A stretch of 33,707 bases of DNA, taken from NCBI RefSeq assembly GCF_001194135.2, contig NC_068986.1, forward strand, positions 94,903,405-94,937,111. Reading direction: 5' to 3'. Below the pieces are notes generated by a model, which worked only from the letters and a program-made list of their open reading frames with translations, searched no databases and was not told the origin of the DNA. This document shows, piece by piece, positions 11,198 to 21,444 of this stretch (its first letter is position 1; every line of letters starts with the position of its first letter). The translations under genes were made by a program, and so were the position numbers. This stretch comes from Octopus bimaculoides (taxonomy: Eukaryota).

Positions 11198-11338
11198 CTT
11201 TTCTGCACACGTGGCTTTCAAATAGCGCCCCGGAACAAACGTCTCCAGGGCTCTCTGGTCAATGTTGATGTCATTAAATTCGTCTAAATCTTGAATCTCT
11301 GATTTGTGCTCCTCTTCTGTTTCCATGACAGCAAGCAT
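11198..11338 (-). CDS. Probable first coding exon of DH-like gene: MLAVMETEEEHKSEIQDLDEFNDINIDQRALETFVPGRYLKATCAEK
   Basis: AAG|gtaagc donor, phase 0, matching the next exon; ATG at 11338 preceded by an in-frame TAA at 11378-11380; candidate acceptors at 11487 and 11447. Confidence 0.7.
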
Positions 11339-12165
11339 CGGTTGGGTATTGGTGTAGGGGATTTTGTGTGTTCTTCTTTATGAAGTCTTGTACTTCAGTG
11401 AAGGGTCAGTTAGTGAGGCCACCATATTCTCGTTTTCAACTGAGACCTGCAAACCGTTAATGGAAATTGATTTCGTAAGACAGAGACTGGAGAGAAAAGT
11501 ATTTGTCATTGGTTTATATACATACACATGCAAACATGTGTGTATATATATATATATATATNNNNNNNNNNNNNNNNNNNNNNNNNNNNNNNNNNNNNNN
11601 NNNNNNNNNNNNNNNNNNNNNNNNNNNNNNNNNNNNNNNNNNNNNNNNNNNNNNNNNNNNNNNNNNNNNNNNNNNNNNNNNNNNNNNNNNNNNNNNNNNN
11701 NNNNNNNNNNNNNNNNNNNNNNNNNNNNNNNNNNNNNNNNNNNNNNNNNNNNNNNNNNNNNNNNNNNNNNNNNNNNNNNNNNNNNNNNNNNNNNNNNNNN
11801 NNNNNNNNNNNNNNNNNNNNNNNNNNNNNNNNNNNNNNNNNNNNNNNNNNNNNNNNNNNNNNNNNNNNNNNNNNNNNNNNNNNNNNNNNNNNNNNNNNNN
11901 NNNNNNNNNNNNNNNNNNNNNNNNNNNNNNNNNNNNNNNNNNNNNNNNNNNNNNNNNNNNNNNNNNNNNNNNNNNNNNNNNNNNNNNNNNNNNNNNNNNN
12001 NNNNNNNNNNNNNNNNNNNNNNNNNNNNNNNNNNNNNNNNNNNNNNNNNNNNNNNNNNNNNNNNNNNNNNNNNNNNNNNNNNNNNNNNNNNNNNNNNNNN
12101 NNNNNNNNNNNNNNNNNNNNNNNNNNNNNNNNNNNNNNNNNNNNNNNNNNNNNNNNNNNNNNNNN

Positions 12166-12280
12166 AAGGCTTTGGTCGGCCCGAGCCTATAGTAGAAGAC
12201 ACTTTCCCAAGGTGCCACGCAGTGGGACTGAACCCAGAACCATGTGGCTGGTAAGCAAGCTACTCACCACACAGCCACTC
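12166..12280 (-). mobile_element. tRNA-like head of SINE family C
   Basis: Reverse reads agtggctgtgtggtgagtagcttgcttacc..ggttctgggttcagtcccactgcgtggcaccttggg; same as 23560-23685. Confidence 0.85.
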
Positions 12281-13023
12281 TTATCTTGAAATACTAAAAT
12301 CGCCATTGGCTTCAACCACGGCCTCCACACGACTTCAGAATCTTCTGCAACTATTCTGGTGAATGCTGCCATAATCCTTGCCTTCAGTTCATCTTTGGTG
12401 TTACCAGGAGTTTTGCTGGTCTCTCACTCAACTGCACCCCACACATCATAACCAAGAGGGTTGCTGTCTTAGGAGTTAGGTGAACAGTTGTTAGAAGTGA
12501 CGTGATCGCAGAAATTATCTGACAGCCATGGCTGGGTTCTCCTGCTTGTGTGGCATGGTGCAAAGTCCTGTTGCCAGACATAGGGTCTTCCATCAGCCAC
12601 CATCTCAACCCAGGGCAGCACTATCTCCTTCAGGGACTTGATGCAGGTCTCTGTGTTGAGTCTGAGGCCGTATGGGAAGTTGAATGGAGGCATAACGTCG
12701 CCATCACAAGTAATCACTCCAAACACTATGATGTTGACTGGATATTTGATTTTTATCACTCTCGGTACATGTACTCAGATTGCGCTGTTTTATGATAGAC
12801 ACTCAGATACTCTACAATGTGTGTATTGGAGCCTCAGGCGCAAATGCCAAGCAGTACAGCATGTCATTTCCAAATTTTTGGTAGGATGAATTGCGTCATG
12901 GTGCTGGTTCTCTCACAGACGGTACCCAAGTGGCCCTACTATACTGTGTACTGTGTAGTTAACAAAAGCAAAAGCAAACAATGCGCATGCGTGAAATGGC
13001 GACAATTTACCCATCGCACCCTG
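12281..13023 (-). mobile_element. Degenerate Tc1/mariner element, maT (DD37D)-like
   Basis: YVWQQDFAPCHTSRRTQPWLSDNF..SPNS/DSNPLGYDVWGAVE*ETSKTP..KDELKARIMAAF; spacing fits DD37D; candidate left terminus TA|CAGGGTGCGATGGGTAAATTGTC at 13025-13001. Confidence 0.8.
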
Positions 13024-13140
<117 letters not shown>

Positions 13141-13499
13141 AATTATTGGGTATGTACCTCGTAGTAAGCCGGTGAAGCACGTTCGCTGTCTATGGCTACC
13201 TGACGTCATCCACGGTACTTACGCAACTGTCGCTGGATCTACCCCAGGAATTCCTCAGTGTTCGTCGAGTATATAACAATTGATAGAGACGGAAGTGGAA
13301 TATACAAGTAATTTATCTTGAGCAATAAAGTGTTTGAGATCAAGAGATGAAACCAGTTGATGTAGAGAGTTGAGAGATCCACAAAAATTGGTTTCTGCAA
13401 CGGTGTCATGAGTATGTGAGAGAGTAAGGGATATACCAGATATTTGACTTTGTAAAGTGTTGACATGAGACAGATGCTCTCAAAGCAGAGAGAATAATG

Positions 13500-14420
13500 G
13501 TCGAAGAGTTGATGGTATTCGAGAGTTCAAAGAGCAGAAAAGGAAGTAGATGCATGTCAAGAAATGACTCCGATCATTATGTCTGGTATATTATACTTCC
13601 ATTTTGCTTCGATCTTGACTGGAACACTCCACCAGTATTGTTTCATATTATGAGTCGTTATGTCCTACACAGCACCGTACCATCTTATAATTGTGTCTTC
13701 AAGATTATGCTTGTTACGGATGACATTGTAGAATGTTCTGGCCAACGACAGCATGCTTCCAGTATAAATAACAGTGTGGGGACATTCTCAGATCGTTAGA
13801 TATTGTGTGTGACATTCTCAGTGTTAATCTCACAGAAACTACATTGTTTGCTGCGCCAGTTATTTCGTTATCTCTTATATCTGCATGACAAAATCATACT
13901 TTCCGAAGTGATATCGTACTTTCCGAACTGAAAGCTAATATACCAGTTGCTAATCCAAGATAGTCTACTTTGGTAATCAGTATTGCTGTCATCTGGAGTT
14001 TTCTAGCAATATAGCTACGCATAAACTTCTGTTGATGTCTATGCAGTTTTTTTTCTGATGATATGCAGCGGTTGCATTCCTATTTCCAATGCAACCAGAT
14101 GGAAGGACATTGTGGATTTAACTTCAAGTCCACCACAAACCATTTCTACTCGAATCACTTCTCACTGTCACCATCATATCTCCCACGATTGCCTATATTA
14201 TGTTATATTCCACGCCCTTCTGTCTATGTGCCCGCTTCTTATTATCCTTGCAACTTCTCACTTTACTGTCAACTCAACAACCATGACTTCTTTGCTAATT
14301 TAGACCATTCCATAAGGCCAGGCCGTTCTTTCATTATTGCAACGTGCGTTTGGAATACCAGCACTTCCTTCGAATACATCTCCATCTTTTGCAGTCAATA
14401 ACATAGAAGTTTGTTGTCTT
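13500..14420 (-). mobile_element. Highly degenerate RLE-type non-LTR retrotransposon (R4/Dong/NeSL-like) C-terminal region
   Basis: CSFCEINTENVTHNI..CP (CCHC-like), KHAVV/ARTFYNVIRNK and QYWWSVPVKI..KYNIPDIMI (PD motif of restriction-like endonuclease), with many stops and frameshifts. Confidence 0.55.
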
Positions 14421-15150
14421 GGTTTTCGCGCTCATTCATTGTTGTTTCAATGAATCAACGTTTACTAAAAATTTGGTTATACCAACGGGTAAACTAAAGC
14501 AAAGAATTCCAGTATCGAACCCGGAATTACTCCATTTCGGATCAGATTCTTCAACCATGCAGCCAGGTTTGCATAATCAACGAGGGAGTGTCTACATGAT
14601 TATTCAATCTACTAAAAATGATAGTCAAATCTCCCTTAAATGTCGTCCTATTGTTTCAAAAACTGAAAAACACAGATAATGTAATCCTTTCTATACTGCA
14701 AAAGAGTGATGGTCATGACTAGAATATCATTCGACATAGATTTACACGGTGTTGTCTAACCAAGCATGTTCATTCTTATCTGGAGAACGACTTGTGTTTG
14801 TGTGTGTATGTATCATATTATATAATATGTGTGTGTGTGTGTATATTGTGGGATGACTTCAGCGGCTGGGGAGCTGACCGGAAGAGAAAGGGCACGCAGG
14901 TGACGCGCGCACAGGCAGGGGAAGATTGTCAGTGCTTCGACAAGGTGAGGGAAAGCAGCTGCTATTTTTAACGTTTCGGAGCGGGCCACGCGGAAGGGTA
15001 CGTAACCACCCGACAGGTCTGCATCAACGAAGGGAAGGTAGGTGTCTTACTTCTAATCTCGACAAATATATAATATATAAACTAATACACCTGCTTGTTA
15101 CTCCTTCACCTGTCTTCGCCTTTTGTTTTCTGTTAATTTAAACAACGTAT

Positions 15151-15200
<50 letters not shown>

Positions 15201-15879
15201 TATGTATATATGCGCGTGTGTTTATAAATGGATATGTGTGTGTGGGTCCGTGTGAATGGAATGGACGATGCTTCCAATATTTACAACTTCGCGTTAACAA
15301 CTTTTATCTTTTCTGTCTGTCCGACTCAACAAAATAATGTAAAATCTGTATTGTATTGTTCTTCTTCTAGATCGGATACCACTAACAACAACAACAACAC
15401 CCACGATGTCGACGACGACGATGATGATGATGATGGTGCAATCTTCAGCCACAATGTCAATCACACGCTACCATCTTTTAAAAAGTGTGATACATTATGG
15501 CTGAAAAATAAAGGCTAAAGTAAATGAAGATGTAATGACCCTGCCTGTGTGAAAGACTTTCTACAATGTGGTTCCTCGATCAGGGTTGGCCAGGGGCTTA
15601 GATTACTAGAACATCAACAACAACAGTAATAATAATAAAAGCAATCGCGTAGCTTACCAGTCCGGCCTTTACGAACGAAATGCTAAAGTATAGCCATTTG
15701 GTGAAATGAAACATGGGATAAGAAAGAAAACAGCTAATACAGAACGCCGTGTAAGAGCCATTTGAGTCGGAGAACATACTGGTGGTCTCGCGCTGTTCAG
15801 AGAATCACGTGTTTACGGATTCACGTGTTTGTGAGAATAAAATAGAAGTTTGCTGTTGTTATTTTATTTCACTCACCGA

Positions 15880-16115
15880 GCCAACGACGGAGCCTCTATG
15901 TGGTCGCTCAAACTGCTAGAAATAGCAACCATGTCATTTTCAACCAACATAGTACTTTCTCTTTTTTTTTTTTTAACATAGGACTTTATATTGGATAATG
16001 TAGTCCAAGATTACTAAGTGTGAAAGAGATGAGATGGTCACAGCAAAAATGTCATTGATCATAGGTTTGTTCTGGTTGGTTTGACACGGTTGGTTAAACA
16101 ACAACATCAACAATT
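15880..16115 (+). mobile_element. SINE-like repeat family E
   Basis: acggagcctctatgtggtcgctcaaactgctagaaatagc..ttggataatgtagtcc..gagatggtca..ggttaaacaacaac. Confidence 0.6.
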
Positions 16116-16149
16116 AGTAATATTGTTCTTTTTTTAATTTGTCATCCGT

Positions 16150-17170
16150 CGTAACTGTTTCTCACATAAACACAAGCCCAACAGTTTTAGGGAGTAAGAG
16201 TTAGTCGATACCATTGACTCGAATGCTTGACTGATACATTTTATTTTAACAACCCCAGTGGATGAAAATTTACGACGACGTCAGCAAGATTCGAATTGCA
16301 ACTTAAAGAACCGGAATGAATAGCAAAAGGCATGTTTTGTTCCGGTGCGCTGATGATTCTGTGAAACCACAACATTTGTTAATAGTTCATAACTTAGGCG
16401 CAAGGCCTAAAGAAATATGGAGACGAGTGTAAGTCGATATCACCGAGTTCAATATTTGACTGGTACTTTATTTTGTCGAGCCTAGAGGGATGCTTCGAGA
16501 AGATTTGAACTTAGGACGTAAAACACCGGAACAAACAGCAGTGACATTTGACCCAACGTTGTTACGATTCGGCCAATCAACCATCCTAAAGTTATTTCTT
16601 ACATAGGCACAAGACCTCAAATTTGAGAAGAAAGTCAATTATAACCGCTCAGTACATCGTAGGTGCAATATATTTTATCGATCGCAGTAGGATGAAAAGC
16701 AAAGTCGACAACGGTGGTTTTCGAACTTAGCAATTAAATTAATGTAACTAAACTCGATGAAACGAAATATTTTATCAAATGCTTAATTGGTTTTGCAATC
16801 CACCAGCTTTTTCCTAAGAATTATGATATTTCTTACAAAGGTCGGTCTCAAATTTGGAGAGTGGGTGTGATCCACTAAATTATCCTAGTATTTAACGTGG
16901 TACTTTATTTTATCGATCCTGGAAGATGAAATGTCAAGTTGACCCTGGCGGAATTTGAACGCATAATAGCAGGGTTTTTCATGCGGTTCTACTGATTATA
17001 CCAAAGATTTCTAATATTATCCCAAAGCAACATATTTTGGAAAACAGGCAATTAAATCGATCCCAGGCTGGTTTGGGAATTATTTTATCAATTTCGAAGG
17101 GATAAAAGAAAAAGATGAAATATCACCGAGATCGATTTTACCTTTCATAATTCGGTTGACGATAAAATAA
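16150..17170 (-). repeat. About five degraded SINE family B units in the same orientation, ~200-230 bp spacing
   Basis: Recurrent tttct..ata.gc.caag.cc..aattt start (~16160, 16385, 16597, 16830, 17010), each followed by gtcgat..tggtact.tatttt.tcga.cc..aggatgaaa. Confidence 0.65.
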
Positions 17171-17467
17171 GAACTTGTCAAAAATGTGTGACTTTATGAG
17201 ATGCTTATTGTTATAATGAAAATATGGTAGGACGATTGAAACGCTGTTGGATTTGCCATTCATGTTTTTAAGTATAATGAAATATCAGTCGTATTTATGA
17301 TCGATTTTAATCGATAACACACTGCGTCATAGGATTCATTGACTATTTGCTCCTATTAGATATATGAATGACATAATAGTTGGAGCAAAAATGCTGAGGT
17401 ACTGCTGACATAAGTTTACTTTAAACTAATTCCGGTTTCGATTCTAACCTGTGTATTTACAGCATCT

Positions 17468-17699
17468 TATTTCTTTATTCCCCAAAAAAGGGCTAAACAC
17501 AGAAAGGACAAACAAGGACAGACAAAAGGATTAAATCGATTACATCGACCCCAGTGCGTAACTGGTACTTAATTTATCGACCCCGAAAGGATGAAAGGCA
17601 AAGTCGATTTCGGCGGAATTTGAACTCAGAACGTAACGGCAGACGAAATACCGCTAAGCATTTCGCCCGGCGTGCTAACATTTCTGCCAGCTCGCCGTA
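17468..17699 (-). mobile_element. Full-length, young SINE family B
   Basis: Perfect 14-bp TSD tatttacagcatct at 17454-17467 and 17700-17713. Confidence 0.92.
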
Positions 17700-18175
17700 T
17701 ATTTACAGCATCTATGCCGCTAGAATCATTAAGAATGTAATTGATCATCACATTATTTTCTTAATAAAAAGACTGATAAAGAGGAGTTTGTTCGTTATTT
17801 GCTTTACATAATGCAANNNNNNNNNNNNNNNNNNNNNNNNNNNNNNNNNNNNNNNNNNNNNNNNNNNNNNNNNNNNNNNNNNNNNNNNNNNNNNNNNNNN
17901 NNNNNNNNNNNNNNNNNNNNNNNNNNNNNNNNNNNNNNNNNNNNNNNNNNNNNNNNNNNNNNNNNNNNNNNNNNNNNNNNNNNNNNNNNNNNNNNNNNNN
18001 NNNNNNNNNNNNNNNNNNNNNNNNNNNNNNNNNNNNNNNNNNNNNNNNNNNNNNNNNNNNNNNNNNNNNNNNNNNNNNNNNNNNNNNNNNNNNNNNNNNN
18101 NNNNNNNNNNNNNNNNNNNNNNNNNNNNNNNNNNNNNNNNNNNNNNNNNNNNNNNNNNNNNNNNNNNNNNNNNNN

Positions 18176-18401
18176 CCACAACTTTCTCTCACTCTTTCTT
18201 CCTGTTTCCGTTGTGCCTGTAATTCAAAGGGTCAGCCTTGTCACACTGTGTCACGCTGAATATCCCCGAGAACTACGTTAAGGGTACACGTGTCTGTGGA
18301 GTGCTCAGCCACTTGCACGTTAATTTCACGAGCAGGCTGTTCCGTTGATCGGATCAACTGGAACCCGCGACGTCGTAAGCGACGGAGTGCCAACAACAAC
18401 A
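18176..18401 (+). mobile_element. 3' part of SINE family A (5' part in gap)
   Basis: Near-identical to 5070-5291. Confidence 0.9.
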
Positions 18402-18524
18402 GTGTAGGCATAACACAGTGTGTGTGTGTGTGTGTGTGTGTAATCAACAAACATTACAAATTAATTGCAATAACGTAAACAATATAAGCAGCGACAACAA
18501 CTGGATAGTAAGTTTTAAAGTGTT

Positions 18525-18530
18525 TTTATT
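18525..18530 (-). promoter_or_regulatory. Candidate polyadenylation signal AATAAA of the homeobox gene
   Basis: AATAAA about 47 nt downstream of the TAA at 18577-18579. Confidence 0.5.
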
Positions 18531-18576
18531 GTAACAGCGTACAGTAATGTTTTAGTGCTATCACAAGCTGGGATTG

Positions 18577-19563
18577 TTAAAAATCTCTGTTATAAGAAAA
18601 TGGAAAGGCATTTATATTCTGAATAATGTGTGGTGATCCATATGATTGCTGAGATGTTGCCGGACTACGAATATCAGTAAAGTTTACTTGGTGGAATTTA
18701 ATAAGTCGATCCTCGTATCTCTCATTTAATGTAGAAGAATCCACCACGGGAAACATAGTCATCTGATCAGAACAGTAATCGCTAGTAGAGAAAGAAACTA
18801 CACTGATGTCGTTCGAATCCAGAGGAGAACCTGGGTGAAGCGATGTCAAATAATCTCTCCCGTAGAAACCTGGAGAAGGTAATTTTGCGAAGCTCTGTAA
18901 ACTTGTTAAAGAATTGTTGATTCGCTGATTGTTGTGTATGTCGATAGAACTTGTTAAACCGCTTTCTAATTGTGGAAATATCCCACTACTGGTGCCCATG
19001 TTTCGTTGCTTTGAGCGGCCATCGTCCCTGAGTGTAAAGATTGCTGTTGGTGTAATTTGATTAGGTGGTGATCTGATATCGTAGTCGCTAATGAAAATGT
19101 TATTTTTGGAAGATTTATTAGATTGTAAAACCTTTCTTTTATACTGATTTCGTGAGTTACACGAAATTTTCGGTGAATTTGTTTTGATGTATTGATCTTC
19201 CCTTGTATCTCTCATTTTGAAAAGCTCTTTTCTCATCTTATCGTCTGCTATTTCAAAATCGATTAATTTTTTATTATCGTCTGTTATCATATAGTTCTTT
19301 CCTCCCCTAGATTGCTTAATGTGCGTCTTATGTCCGCCACATTCATCGTTGTTAAACCGCTCCAGTTCGTACATAATGCTTGTCAAAACTACAGTCGGAA
19401 TGAGCCGAGTTTCTATTGACTTTGGTTGAGATGAAGAGGAAAGATGTGTTGAACCACTTTGAGAAGGTGTCGGCGATTCTTTACAGATTTTGTCAACTCT
19501 ACGTTCGGCAGACATTTTCTGTTTCCCGACAACTTCTTTCCGGCGTCGATTCTGGAACCAAAC
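18577..19563 (-). CDS. Terminal exon of PRD-class homeobox gene: VWFQNRRRKEVVGKQKMSAERR...FPFSYNRDF*
   Basis: ttttatgattttcag acceptor; 987 nt open frame (328 aa + stop) starting with recognition-helix WFQNRR; Ser/Asn-rich tail. The ORF track starts 16 codons too late. Confidence 0.93.
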   Translation of the reverse strand, partial: VWFQNRRRKEVVGKQKMSAERRVDKICKESPTPSQSGSTHLSSSSQPKSIETRLIPTVVLTSIMYELERFNNDECGGHKTHIKQSRGGKNYMITDDNKKLIDFEIADDKMRKELFKMRDTREDQYIKTNSPKISCNSRNQYKRKVLQSNKSSKNNIFISDYDIRSPPNQITPTAIFTLRDDGRSKQRNMGTSSGIFPQLESGLTSSIDIHNNQRINNSLTSLQSFAKLPSPGFYGRDYLTSLHPGSPLDSNDISVVSFSTSDYCSDQMTMFPVVDSSTLNERYEDRLIKFHQVNFTDIRSPATSQQSYGSPHIIQNINAFPFSYNRDF

Positions 19564-19603
19564 CTGAAAATCATAAAAGAGAAATAACAGCTCTGTCGTT
19601 TAA

Positions 19604-19683
19604 TACTCAGAACGTAGCAGCAGACGAAATACCGCTAAGCATTTCGCCCGGCGTGCTAACGTTTCTGCCAGCTCGCTGCCTTA
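19604..19683 (-). mobile_element. 5' head fragment of SINE family B in the homeobox intron
   Basis: actcagaacgt..cagacgaaataccgctaagcatttcgcccggcgtgctaacgtttctgccagctcgc matches 17625-17697. Confidence 0.85.
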
Positions 19684-19924
19684 GCAGTGAAGAATTATTG
19701 GCTGATTGCTGCTTTGTCTGTTTCCATGTGCCGAATTTTCCCCAATTCAAGAGACGTTCCAATTGCGACCATCCCGTGGCTGTTTTGTCTTATATCTAAG
19801 ACTACCATATCTAGTTTATTCATACTATTTTAAGACGATAAGGTGACATGTGGAAAAGATTCAGTAACATCTAGACACTTCTTTATACAGATAAACACAT
19901 GGTTCTTCAATCAGCAAAGCATAA

Positions 19925-20125
19925 GTCAAGGAGGCGGAGATAAGTCAGAAACAGCAGCCAAATCTCCCTCTGCTTGTGCTTTCACTTTTAAAAGCGGTAT
20001 CCCATACTGGACATGGCAGTGTAGTCATGATTGTAGAGAAAAGATATAGCTGGAATGTCTTTAAATCATAATTTTTTTTTCTGGGTATGTTCGATCAGGG
20101 CTGACCAGGTGGTTAAACAAAATCA
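19925..20125 (+). mobile_element. Degraded family E copy in the homeobox intron
   Basis: cagcagccaaatctccctc..gctggaatgtcttt..tcgatcagggctgacc..ggttaaacaa. Confidence 0.55.
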
Positions 20126-20127
20126 AT

Positions 20128-20137
20128 ACTGCTGCTG

Positions 20138-20208
<71 letters not shown>

Positions 20209-20226
20209 ACTACTACTACTACTACT
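20128..20226. repeat. (CTG)n/(CTA)n microsatellite
   Basis: Direct reading. Confidence 0.95.
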
Positions 20227-20330
20227 TTCACAATTACAAACCCTGCTATAAAGAATGAACATATCAAACAATGTAGTCCTAAACACACTGGTGGATCGCC
20301 TTTTGGTTATAATTTTCCTCTCGGTAGAGT

Positions 20331-20712
20331 TGACCTGGGGTTAAACAGCAACAAGTGATCACGGTTAGAGTCATATATTTCATCGGTCTTATCGCTCATA
20401 CTTGACCTGGGACTAAACACAACCAACAACAACAGCTTACAACGTTCATACATTCGGTCTTTCTATACAGACTTAACCTGGACTAAACGACTTACATTCT
20501 TCATACAGCAAATCACGTTTTCTCAGCCAAGCGTGACCTAGGGTTAAACAGCAACAGCCTACAAACTTCATACAATGGGTCTTCTCCCTCAGGCCTTATC
20601 TGGAGCTCTAAACAACGACAATAACAATAGCATGAACATCTGAACATCAGCCTGTTGCCTTTATACAATAGATCTTCTTACTCACACTTGACCTGGGGCT
20701 AAATGAAACTAA
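20331..20712 (+). repeat. Degenerate 60-93 bp minisatellite, 6 anchors TGACCTGGGG(C/T)TAAAC
   Basis: Anchors at 20331, 20403, 20474, 20534, 20596, 20689; inter-anchor parts share cagc.taca..ttcataca..ggtctt. Confidence 0.75.
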
Positions 20713-20743
20713 TAACAAACGCTCTGAGGTAAAACTGTCTCAC

Positions 20744-20986
20744 CTTCACCTGTTCTCGGTTGATGCCGACTCGTCTGGCAATGATCTGTTTCTGGATGTT
20801 GTTTGGGTAGCGAAGTCTCTCAAATATTCCGTTGAGTAACTGAAGCTGGTGACGGGTGTAGCTGAGTCTCTCCCTTGGCGACAGAACGAGGAAATCTGGT
20901 GGAGGAGGAAGGAAGAACGACGATGTCAATGGTAAATTTGGTGATGACGGTGGTGGTGGTGGTGGTGTTGGTGTTTTGCTGCTGCG
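20744..20986 (-). CDS. Homeobox exon (helices 1-2): RSSKTPTPPPPPPSSPNLPLTSSFFLPPPPDFLVLSPRERLSYTRHQLQLLNGIFERLRYPNNIQKQIIARRVGINREQVK
   Basis: AAG|gtgaga donor, phase 0, joins VWFQNRR; R5, L16, F20, Y25, P26, A35, V45 are conserved. 5' acceptor is either ttttttag (exon start 20986) or cgcag (20981). Confidence 0.9.
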
Positions 20987-21036
20987 CTAAAAAACCGTCG
21001 ACTTCAACTCGTATCCCTTCTAGATATTCTCTAGAG

Positions 21037-21392
21037 CAGTGGTTCTTAACTGGGATCCATATGGTCCCTGATGGTCCATATAAGAGTTTTGGGGATCCAC
21101 GCAACAATATGGTAAAATGGAGATCCACAATAGTAATGTAAGTGGCTCTTTAAAACAATGTTTGCATTAAGTGTATCTATTACTATGTATTGCAAGAAAC
21201 AACTATGTTTCTTTCTCTGGTGTTTTACATAGTTCAGCCTACACAAGTTGATGTATGAAAAACAAAATAGAAATCTTGAAAGAAGTATCTATAAAACTAG
21301 TTTTTAAACATCGAATGGTTATGGGTATCCACCAGAATAAAATAGCAATCAAAGGGGTACATAGATTTTTTTTAAATGGTTGAGAACTCCTG
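21037..21392. mobile_element. hAT (Charlie-like) MITE, 356 bp
   Basis: TIR CAGTGGTTCTTAAC / CAGGAGTTCTCAAC; perfect 8-bp TSD CTCTAGAG at 21029-21036 and 21393-21400. Confidence 0.9.
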
Positions 21393-21444
21393 CTCTAGAG
21401 GAAATCACTAGGTACTGGCTATATTCTTGTTAATTTTCTATCTC

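Noticed and set aside
6018-12289. Long ORFs of 200-330 aa containing X runs (and similar ones at 2143-2757, 17748-18281, 23083-23693, 25141-26079, 29651-31411)
   Set aside because: Artefacts of translating N gaps and microsatellites.
18577-19563. Homeobox-DH fusion protein
   Set aside because: The homeobox exon ends in a stop followed by AATAAA, and the DH gene has its own ATG behind an in-frame stop; no evidence of a shared frame.
19416-19799. 127-aa plus-strand ORF overlapping the homeobox exon
   Set aside because: Antisense shadow of the real exon plus a SINE fragment; no recognisable protein.
20331-20712. CRISPR-like repeat-spacer appearance
   Set aside because: Repeats are degenerate and non-palindromic, the spacers are homologous to each other, the context is a eukaryotic intron, and no cas genes are present.
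20820-21141. Alternative-frame ORFs over the homeobox exon
   Set aside because: They begin inside or run into the hAT MITE, and only the homeodomain frame has motif support.
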